From Bispira polyomma (lineage: Eukaryota): a stretch of 64,000 bases of DNA. Below are positions 24,301 through 36,300 of the stretch, piece after piece (position 1 is the first letter of the stretch; each line of letters opens with the position of its first letter). The translations under genes and the position numbers were made by a program. Below the pieces are notes generated by a model. That model did not search any database, was not told the DNA's origin, and was given only the letters and a program-made list of their open reading frames with translations. The stretch lies in the NCBI GenBank assembly GCA_965649765.1, contig OZ287759.1, forward strand, positions 23,374,001 through 23,438,000, written 5' to 3'.

Positions 24301-27300
24301 ATTTTAAAACTTGAAATTTCTAATTTCTTAGGTAGCTCAGTCAAAAGGCTTGCTTTATACATATTAATCAGGAAATGCTATTTTTAGAATTTTTTTTGTA
24401 TTTTGTTTTAAATATATCTTATTGATGTGAGGCATCTTCTAAAGTGCAAAATCACAATCACTTAACCAATAAAGAAGTTCAAAGAGCATAGCAAACATTG
24501 TAAATGAGGATGTTGTGGTGTACAGGGAGGTAATTAAAGGGGTAAGTGACTTTAAAGAGGTAAGGTTTAAGTTTTTCCTGAACCCAGGAATTATTTCCAG
24601 TGATCTAATCTCAACAGAAAGACTATTTCATAACATAAGGCAGCAATTGAGAAAGGTCTAGATCCAGCACACCTGGTATGTTTTTATTTAGTTTATTTAA
24701 TTTAGTACTTACTGACACACTCTGCGCCTGTAGAACTAGGTACTTTGCTGCTGTCACAAACCGTACAGGTGTCAAAGTCATCACATGTGTTACAGTCTTC
24801 CATGGCAGTGCCACAGGCTTTTAAAACAAAAATTATACATAGAGTCCTGTCAATTTATTAATTGTAAATGTATTACATGAAATGCTTGCAACTAATATAA
24901 CACCAACAACAAAAAATCAGCATCACTTCTTTAGCTTGTATATTCATGTTTTGACATGGATATACTTGACAGTGTAATAACACTAATGTTAAAACTTGTA
25001 TGATGTTCCCCGGTAGTGCAAATTGTAATCGAAATCTAAAACAAGGTGCAGTAGTACATTATAACTGAAATACAAACTTTTATACTTAATCTATAAAAAC
25101 CTATGAACATTCAGCGGAGATATTTAGAAGCTACTGTGACTTTAAATTATCTGGAACCAGTAAGTCGGTCTGGTAAAGGTGGAGAGAATATTTTATCTTG
25201 ATAGATTGCTGAGAGATATCATACAAAGTGAAATTGTTGGTAAATATGAATAGCCGTAAACTTGATGACAATAAATTTAAATGTAATACAGAATTTGATC
25301 ATTACCCATTGGAGGTGTTGAATAAGAGGGGTTATATGAGAGCATGCTTTTGATTTACTTTAGTTTTTATATCTTTCTGTCCAATACCATACAGTTGAAA
25401 ACTGCAATGAGCAAGACACCTTGCAACCAAGGCATTTACAACAGCAATAGAATTTTTAAATGTGAGATGTGTTTTTAAAGTAGCAGCATTAGCAAACCAA
25501 AAATAATTACAACATGGTTATTAATGATAGCTCTGAGATTTGGACATCATTCACAAGAAAATGCTATTGCGGAGGAGATTTACATAAAAAACTTTTTACA
25601 CATTTTTCTTTTGTGCTTTCGAGCCAATTAGTAAAACAACATTTTCCTCTTGATTTTACTTTAATGTCCCAATTATTTAATTCCGTACTTTTTCATTTTC
25701 TAATTTCTAAGGTTGTTCAGACAATAAGCATGCTTCATACATATTAATTAGCCAATGTTATTTTTATATTTATTGTTATGTAATTTTAATGTGCCTTATT
25801 GATGTGAGGCATCTTCTAAAGCACAGCAACAGAATCATTTAACCAATAGAGAAGTCTAAAAAACATAACAGAGGTTGTAACACGGGATTAAGGGTTAAGC
25901 AAGTTTAAACAAGGTAGGAGAAGGTGTTTCAAATGATCCAAGCTCAACAGGGAGACTATTCCATAACACAACGGCTGCAATTTAGAAAGCTCTAGATCCA
26001 GCCCTCTTGGTAGGTTTATATTTAGTTTTGCAACCCTAGCCGAACATATTAAATTAAAGAATGAATAAAGGGAGCCTTAACCCAAATTACAACCACAAGA
26101 ACGCTCCTATTCAAAATGTAACTTCTTATGTTTAGCAGGGAACCATTCAGTGAAAAACAGAGATCCCGCCATTTTGTTTTGCACAATGTGTCACAAAGAC
26201 ATATGAAAGCTTGGAGAGATAAAATAATGAACATTAACATTCCTTTAGTGATAGACAACGGCTATGGCTAGGAATACAGGTCCTTATTTGGCTCACATTT
26301 TGTACACGATTAGAGGAGCCAGCCCATTCACTGTATATAGCAGTGGTAAAAGCATTTTTCCTGATTATAAATAGGACTATATTAGTTGCATACATTTCAC
26401 ATTTTCTGTCCATAAATATCCGCCAACTGCCATTACGATCCAACCTATATTATGAGCACCCTTAAAAATAATAAATGTTGTTTATTTAAATATTGTTGTT
26501 TCCTGTTGCAAAATGTTAGTAATATTGCCCAGTAACACACTCTACTCCAGTAGATTTGGATATTTAAATTTTTGGTCACAAACTGGGGGTCGCGATGTCC
26601 TAATGGTTGTAAGTGTTTGCTTTAATATCACTATCCCATTATTTCTGGGAGGTCAAGATCCCCACAACCGTTAAAAAGTCCATTTGCTGAAGCTGTAGTA
26701 AACTCAAGTCTAACAACCACATTGTACCTTTTATGTGTTTTCTTCCATTTGATAATAATAATAGAAACATTGATATAGCGCAACATTGATCAGAATCCTC
26801 TAATGCGCTGATTTCCAAAAGGGGATTGCATAGATTGTCACCCAGTCAGCGCCAACCAGGGAGTAACTAAGGTCGAGGATACACCAGTCTTAACAAGTGA
26901 GTCTTGAGCTGGCTTCGAAAACCTGATATTGTCTGCTGTGATCTTACCTTTTGTGGCAACCTTTTCCATTGTACCAGTGTAGCAACAGCAAATACACAAT
27001 ACCTGGATCCGCCTATGCTTCAGATACTTCATGTAAGTTATTGGTTTTTAGTACAAAATCCTACACAATAAGGATTTTTTTGTGTGCAGTTCCTTTTGAA
27101 CATGTTTTTGATTTGAAACCTGAAGGACAAGGGTGGCAATTCTCCTATGGCTAAATATGTTGAAAGTGACATATAACTCAGATTCAAATTATTGTCATTG
27201 AATATAATTGTACAACGTTGATGGTCAGTACTATCTGCTACTGTATTGGAGCATGGTTTTTTTGCCTGCTAGAAACACTAGATATTAACAACCAAACAAA

Positions 27301-30300
27301 TTGATAACTGAAGGCTTGGATTGTCATACTAGTTTACTATGTATAAAGTACATACTTTTAATATCCGAATATTGACTTTTATGAACTCAGTTTCTCTCTT
27401 TCAACAAATTCATTTTCCTTATTGTTTCATACTAGACTCTCTTTTAGATTTTAGCAATTATAATTTTTAAATACTGATTTATTTAGCCTAGCACCTTATA
27501 ATTTAATATAATAAAATATGTGTTAAAAAATTGTGTCTGAATTTAGTAGGATTGGCCGTGGGTGTAGACAAGGCGATCCCATCTCACCATACCTGTTTAT
27601 TATGGCAGCTGAAATACTTAATCTTCTTATACTAAATAATAAAGAAATAAAAGGGATCATAATAAAAGACTGCATTTAAAATATCTCAATTCGTAGACGA
27701 TACTACACTCATCTTAAATGAATCGCGTGAATCCATGACAGCAGCCTTAAACACTCATTTTGGAACCTTATCGAGATTGAAAATAAACACAGAAAAAACA
27801 AAAATAGTTTGGATCCGGAAAAAAGATATTCAAATGATCAACTAATTCCTAAAAAATTTGAATGGAATACTACAAAATTCAACTTATTAAGATTAAGAAA
27901 TGTTAAATCTTAATTTGTTGGGAGAAAATGGCACAAATGGAAGATGAAATATCCAAGTGGGGTAAAAGAAACCTAACCCATTTTGGTTGGATGTCTTTGC
28001 CGCATGGACAAAACTGACTAAAGAAAACAAAATATGTTCAAACTTGCAACTAGCATTAGTTTCCCTTTGGTACAATAAAAAATTATCAACAGAAATGATG
28101 TTTTTAAAAAAATTGTATTCCAAAGGAGTAATAATGGTATCGGATGTAATAGACGATGAGGGAAAGATTCTTACAAGCCAAAAATTAAAAGACCATTACA
28201 ACTTGGGTTGAATGAATTTCCTAGATTACATTCGTTTACGAACAATAGTATCTAAATTTAATAATGAAAATAAGCATGGGGAATTTAATAAAATAATTGG
28301 TCCTATTGTGCCTATGAATAATTGGATACACGAGAATATTAAGACTAGAAGTATAAAATATTGCTGGCGAAACAGCTAAATGACCATAATTCCAGGGCCA
28401 AATGGGCAATCGATTTTAATGTTACAATCAACAACCAAATGTAGAAGCAGATTTTCAAAATTTGCCACAGGTGAATAAAGGACAACGAATATATATGGTT
28501 TATATTAAGAATACTGTGTAGAATACTGGGAACAAGGTCATACCTAACAAAGGTGAACCTCAGTGAAGATGGCTCATGTATTAGATGCGGGAATAAAATT
28601 AAAAATATACTCCATATCTTTGTCACATGCCCAAAGGTAAAAGAATTTTAGAAATTAATACAGGAATATATTGAAAATAAGGTCAATAAGACATTATCAT
28701 TTACACCTTTTAATATCATATTTGGTTATACTTTGACAGAATCCAATTAACAGCCTATTAATACGATTTTTTTAATCGCTAAAAAATATATATTTGACTC
28801 TTCTGCCTAATGCCAAAACATTAGTGTGAATAGTTTTGATTACATCAGGTATACATGGACCAACAGTTAGTTGTTAAGTCATTTAAGTAATAAAGAAACT
28901 TGTTTTAATAAACTTTGGCTTAATTGGCGACCACATATGGCGAGTTGAATAGGTTCAGCATATATTATATATGTATTCTATGTTTTTAACCCCCAAAGCC
29001 ATTCTAGAGGTATGCAATTGCACAGAGCTAAATAAAGTTAAAGTTGTTAAATGTTGTTAAAGAATTTATAACAATACTGCACTTGTAAAATAGATCTGAT
29101 GGAGGGTTGACTACCTTTGCCCTCCCAGATTTCTTGCACTAATGTAAAAAAAGGGTAAATAAAAATCTAAAGGAGAAAAGAGAGAAAAAATCCTTCTAGA
29201 GTCACACCAGTCTTCAGGTATTCCACATCTGATAATCACCAGTCACATTAAATTTAAAGGTGCATATCTAAGTTTGGAAATCATGATACCAGTAAGTGCA
29301 GAAACACTGGAAATTATTTTAGGTGATGTTTCTGTAAAACTAAATGTTGTATATTATAAGTGGGCAAATTTTCACTTATTTGGAGGGCAACAGCTTTTTC
29401 TCACTAGGGAGACGATTTTCCGATTTGATAATTTCAAAGGTTGTCTCTGTCCAACTTTTCCTTTTTTCATCGGATATTACACTTGAATATCATGACAAAT
29501 TAGTAAATCTTGGGTCACCTTTCAGTGTTGCCAATCTGAAAATAATGACCAATGTGTTAGAAAATGATAAGATCAAGTAGGTGAGCATGTCACAGTCAAT
29601 TTACCTGTGATTAAGCAGCATCCAGACAAATGTGGATAAATTGTTTGATGATGATAATGATACTTGTACCAAGATGTTATATGTACACATATCAACAATT
29701 TATTGATAACAAAGCTTTCTCAATAGCTGCTTCTATATGTTGTGTAATAGTCTCCCAGTTGAGCTTAGAGCACTACAAACACGGTCGAGGGTTTAGGAAA
29801 AAACTTAAATCCTATCTTTTTAAACTTGATTAACCCTTAATTCCCTCGCTGTACACCCCCACAACCTTGCAATCTCCGTTATGCTTTTTAGACTTCTCCA
29901 GTGATTCTGTTGTTGTGCTTTGGAAGATACCTCGCATTAGAAAACTTGAAACCTATCTCTTTAAAACTCACTCGGTACCCCTTTAAAGTCCTAGGTGTAA
30001 CCCCCCCTCCCCCCCCCCATTCCACCGTATCCCCGGGCTCTCCAAAACAGGTTTCAAATAGTGGTAATTACTTCATCATGTATTTTTTTTCTGAGCATGT
30101 GGGACTCAACAAAAAGCCACTTACTAACACATTCAGTTGAATCCGCATTTGGACCTTCAGTGGATTCACATGCCGAGCAGATGGCTGGGTCTGGGTTACA
30201 TGCTTTGCAGTTGATCCCTGTACAAGCCGCTACAAGACAAACAACTCAAACTAATGTACAGGTTTTGTCATGCATTGGATCGTCTGATGTTGATATCATT

Positions 30301-33300
30301 GTTGCCTTGTCAATATCCACCATAAAACATATTTCAATTTCCAAATCAAAATCAAAATAACATAATCACATTGTGCTGTTAGAGATGCATAAAACATGAG
30401 TCGAATCTTAATCTTAGGAATACACACATTGAAAAGTAATACTTTCAAGTAATCACCTACTCTAACACGTAAAAGCAATAAATTGCCTTCCCCAGCTTTT
30501 CTAATATCATGAACAATATATATTTAAAACCTAGGCGCTCCTCTATTGTTTATTGTCTAAATATAATAGTTTTCCCCACAGTAGAGTGATATCATTTGAA
30601 ATAGAAACGCAAGGATTAAGAAGATATCCATAGTATTTCCTTATGGCTCAGTAACAATGGGTACGTCTATTTTGTTTGTGATTTTATAAAACATAAGCAA
30701 ACAAAAATAAATGAAAAGTAATTGGGGAAATAAAACAAAAAATTTATGTCTGCGACGTTTTGTTCACGCATCCTTCACGTTTTGGTAGCCGTTTCAACTG
30801 TGTTTGTGACGTTACCCACGTTTTTTTATGCGTTTAGATACGTTCGATACAATTACATCACACATTTCATTACATTCTGATCTTGTTTGCCATGTTTCAA
30901 ATATGTTATATTCATTTTACTTACGTCTTTCACGTTTCCGGTACATTTTGACGATGCTTTATATGTATATTACGTCTTAGTGCCGTCTTCAAGTACATAC
31001 GCAGTGATGACGTGTCAGACATGGTCATACGTTTTCCCCCAATGCAGGAAACGTTTCAGTGAAGATTGTCAAAAACGACTGTTTAAATTAACCATAACTT
31101 GATTTTGGTGCTGCTCGAAATTATGATTTTTTTTGCAACTTTTGAGTTACACAAACATACACTCTCTGCACATAATAGGTTCTTTACACAAATACTTAAG
31201 TTTCATCTTCCACTTACTATTTTTTGTGCGCAATCAAAAAGGAAGCCTAGTGTGACCTAGCTATAGGTGTGATTTTGGGATGGCGTCATCAATACATAAT
31301 TATGGGGTTATCTGTGATGAAATTATGACACAGACGTCAAAAATAGCAATTTTTGTTTTGCTGCTGTCAAAAAAGTGTATATAAAATAGTGTACCTGTAA
31401 TGAAGTACCAAAACATGTCGGTACACGCATTAGCGTCTGTTCCCTGTTGATAGTTGCCATCAAACAGTAGACAGTCAGTTCCGTCAGTTTGATCAGTGAC
31501 GTCACTTACATAGAGCGCAAGATTGGGTGACGTCAGGGCACTGACATCAGATGATGTAATTGATGTCAGGGCTGCCATAGCTCCCTCTTGGACAAAAACA
31601 ATGTTAGTGGATGAACTGGCGAATGTGGTCGCCCCACCTGCATTGAGGTTCATGTTGGAGTTACCGACCCCCGATTCCTCTATGGTAAACTCCCCTGGAA
31701 AATAAAAAATAATAAAGGCTTACATAGGTTTTTTTTACATGGATGACACTTTGTGTTACATGCTTACGTCTAAATCAAACAATCCCTCAAATATATACTG
31801 CTTAGAAATAGTAAAAAAGTACTTTCATGTTAACCAAAAGTATGGATGTTGGAAGGATGTAAGTTAAATATGTTTGCAGTGAAGACAAAGCCGAAATGGC
31901 TGAGCGCATTGATTTAACTCCAGTTAGCGATTAAAATGCACATAAAACACAAGTTAAGGTATTTTATTTCTTTTCTAAAATGATAAATCATTATTTTTTG
32001 TTGAAGTGAGCCCATAATACCTAAAAAGTGTTACTAATACGTAGGCAGTTCCATGTTATGGCTGTTCCATCAAACATACATGACAACAGAATTTATGAAG
32101 ATCCCTTCCATCCAAAAACAAAATGCCAATTAATTTTTAATAAGATTAATTATTATTAAGAATCATTAAAACAAATTCATAAAAACATGGTCGGAAAGCT
32201 TTTTGTATTGCGATAAATGTGCTTTTTAATGCATCAAATCAGCTTAATTACCCATTTTTTAAATGTATTATTGCCAAGCGCCTACATTGCACAAAATATG
32301 TGTTCATGGGCATTACACAGCCTACCATTTTAGAATAATATATAACCCTTCCTCCCCTGTAGTGAATTGGACTGATATTAGCCAACTGTTCCACTGTGTC
32401 AATATCACTTTCAAATCTCTTACCTCAACCATGCACCACCAATTCATCTTATTTATTTCAACGAACTATCTTATGCACTACCACTCCAAATCTTTACTGC
32501 AAACCAACTGTTCCCTACAGTACCATTCTTTAAGTTTGCCCTTTAGTGTTGCTCAAGGTAATTACATTTAACGCTGGTAACTGTAGGCATACTTTCTTGA
32601 AGGAAACAATACAAATACAGACATATTAACACATATTGAAGTAGGACCATAATACTGTGTTTCCTGTAGGTATGTAGGTATGCCATGTCCCAGTGGTTGA
32701 GGCGTTGGTCTGGTGATCAGAAGATCCCCAGTTCTAATCCTGGTAATGTGTTAATGGTGATATTAAGAAATAACATCCTTGGACAAGGTGTGAATTAGAC
32801 CGAGTATTCTGCCGCCAATGACGGCTTTTTAAAATGATGTATAGCTGATTAGCAACAGAGCGGCTACCATAAGCAAAAATCGGCATATATAGAGATAGAA
32901 ATTGGCATATATAGTGATAGAATTTGGTTGAAATAAATATATACCTCATTCCTTATATATGATATAGTAGCCGATTTTCTGGTATTTCATGCCGGCATGG
33001 AACATGTCAATTATATAAAATAAATACTAAAACCACATGTATTGGCACAACTGTCTGCCATTTTACGTCAGGCTAAATTAACAACATTTTTGTACTGGTT
33101 TCTGTTCTGTCCCTTTTCATGATTCAGTCGTCAAAATAACAGCAAGGAATCTTCCTAAATAGGGACAGATTATTCAGTCTGGTGTGATCATGCCATTATA
33201 CCTACTGATGACAACCGCTATTCATATATCATCATTATTAGTTTATCCAATCTGATGTTATGCTTTAAAAACATGTCTGGCATTGCCAGACCATCTCCCC

Positions 33301-36300
33301 AGCCAGAGGCCTACATTTTATTTCACAGTGTATGTCTTCAAATATCTTCTATAAACTAGAGTTGTCTTATGATTTAAAAAAGAAAATTACAATATCCCCA
33401 TATATGACAATACATTTTTGAGATGTGGTTTAAACATATTTATTTCCAATAGGCAGTATCTATAGTGTTATATTAAGCCGATTGGATTGTCCGGAAGACC
33501 TACTTACAGGAAATACATTATACGTTTGTGTCACTTTCATGGTCCTTCTTTAGTTCATTTTTTTCCATGTAAAAGAGCACACAATTCCAATACATAAAAC
33601 ATTAGAGCAAATGGTGTTTACTGTTAATTACATTTGGAAATTACTGGAATCGCCAAGTGTCAGCTCTATAGTCTTGCATGCAGGTCATTGCTATTTTGTT
33701 TGAAAGAGATCACCATGCAAAAGACAGGTTGTTAAAATTGTATTCATCTTCAACCTCTAGTTAACAAACAGTTAAAAATAAACGACAGAAATGATCTGGG
33801 ATCCATCCCAAGAAGATACATACTGGCCTGGATAATGTAAACAGCAGCTTTAACTTGGTTCTGCTGTAAACTTATAAAGACGCATACTACTGCTTGAATT
33901 TGATCCAGGCTTGTATTGGATCTTGAGATTAATATTCCGGTACACTAACAGTTGAGCTGAAGTGGAAACCCCAGAAGCCTGAGTGTCTAATGCGGTGATA
34001 CACACAGATATTATATGCCTCTTCCTTACAAAGACCTGACCTCAGGTCTTATACTACTACCACATTAACCCTACTAAGTTGCCTGGCTTATGAGATGGGG
34101 ATCTTGCCACTGAACTCCACCATGAAAACAACAGAGATAACTTATCTCTAAGAATTTCACTTATCTCCAAAAAACAATGCTAAAACTAGAATAAGAGTTT
34201 CCAGGAGGAGGTCCAGTGTCCATGGTATGTAAATGGAACACCTCTTCACTCATAGACTGGCTTAATGACCCAATAACAAATTTGGATGAAAGAGTGTAAG
34301 ACTGTCCTACTTAACAAATGAAAAGATAAATTCTGCTCCAGTTTTAGAATATATTGTGTTATTGCAGCCTTTGTTTTTTATACGGCAGTACGATACTGCA
34401 CTCTTTGTATTGATATTTGATTGTGGTTGGTAATATACCTCCTACCTCGCTTCTCTCCTTTCTTTTAGTAACCTGAAGAGAGGTAATGGACTTTATGTTT
34501 CCTCTGTTAAACCCACCAAGAAAGCTAGATCCAGAGCTTTGTCCATGGCAGCCCACCATGTTATGGAACAATCTCCCAGTTGAGCTAAAATCACTAGAAA
34601 CACTAGGAAACATCTTTTCAAGATCGTTTCTTCCACTTTAGTACCCTCCTGTACACCCCCACACACCATTCCTTATGACTTGGCTATGTTTATGGATAAG
34701 GCAATTGGTTAACTGATTCTGTTGTTGTACTTAAGAAAATGCTTAGCATTAATAAAGCACGTTAAACATGCATAATGATAATAATATCAATAGCTTACCC
34801 CCAGCTGATACATCTGTGACAAGCATGAGTGAACAACCGTCGCTGGCGAGTCCCATGGCAGTTAGAGTTTCCCCAGGACTAGCTACCACGGAATCTGTTT
34901 TAATGCAAGCTGAACCATCCTTGGCTACCATATAGCCACGCAAGACTGCAATACAAAATGTAACTTCTTGCACCATCACCCGTGTAAGTAATCAATTTGA
35001 ATTCGTACAAAAACAAGTATTGCACAATAAGATATGGTAAATGAAAGGACAAAAAAGGAAAAAAAAGCAGAAAAACATATTTCTGCAACACATGTACATT
35101 TGGCAAAACGTACTAATTGATCATATTCATAATTTCACTATTATTGTAAACTCTGTAGTTTTTACTATCCTAACATGTCTGTAACGACTTGGTTATAAAC
35201 AGCAGAGTGTGTACTATTTTTTATCACTGATAGCTGAATTAAGTTCTGTTTAAGGTAAAAATGTGAACATGTACATACTTTTCGAGAGCACAGTAGTGTA
35301 GGTAATCTTTTTGTAGGCGGAGATGAGCACAGATAAGCCGCTATACATATTATGTAAAATTAGTTTCGATCATCACCCATGGTGTTTAATGCACATATCA
35401 TTTTATTAGCAACATACTTGATTTACAAGAAGCTTATTCCCAGGTGTGGTAGGAGGTATTAGAGAAATTAGAGGATACTGTCTTTCCGCCTATGAAATTG
35501 GCTGTTCCATCTATGCAAAGTATACCTCCTGAAACTTGTCGAGGTAAGTTTTACAGACAGAAAAAGATGACAATAATACTATGACAGATTTACAGTAAAT
35601 AGGCAGAATTAGTCAGAAATAGGCGGAAACACGATTACAGAGACAGAAGAATTACAGTAGAATTTGGTACTACACAGAGATGGGCGGAAGCATTTTACCG
35701 CCCTTTTCTAATTTGGTGAGGCCAAAATTTTTAACATATTCAAAACCATTGCATAATAATGGAAGGAAGGAAGCTAAACTTAGGGGTAGTCATAGATAGG
35801 GATCCTGGCGGTAAAAGGCAATTTTCAAAACGTCTCTAACCGCGTATCCCTATCGCCATTGTGAGCCTAGGGTTTAAATAGCCATGTTGGCTTTTAAAAG
35901 TCAAATATTTATAAAAACTTGTAAGCAAATATACTCAAACAGCATCAGTCTTTCTTAATAATCAACTAGCACTACAACTTTAAAGATTAAATACATCCAG
36001 CCATAAATTAGCCTTTTATCACTGCATTTAGCACTAAAACTATCATTCTCCTATTTGAGTTTAGTTGGGTTGAACGTCCCTTTTAACAGCTTGGGTTATA
36101 TCAGGACATCCAGATTTATTGTGAAGCACTGTAAACCACCAGACTACAGCAAGTACCTGGTAAACTCTCCCACACGAACAGGCACGAACAGCATTCAAAC
36201 CCACATTGGTGAGAGACTAGCTATTATCAATAATACTAAGTACCTGTTTTTGATTTGTTTTGTCAAATTTCATTTCTAGAACATAAATTTTAAAAATGAA

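Larger units (their letters stand above)
1..26030. repeat. Hierarchical tandem duplication array of exon+intron units (564-bp units within ~5-7 kb blocks)
   Basis: Exon starts 9239, 9803, 10367, 10931 and 11495 are exactly 564 bp apart. F exons recur at 4304, 9239, 16499 and 23570 with near-identical introns. Confidence 0.97.

Noticed and set aside
240-24817. CRISPR-like or prokaryotic repeat-spacer array
   Set aside because: Repeats are 105-bp GT-AG exons, the spacers are homologous introns, and no cas genes are present; the context is eukaryotic.
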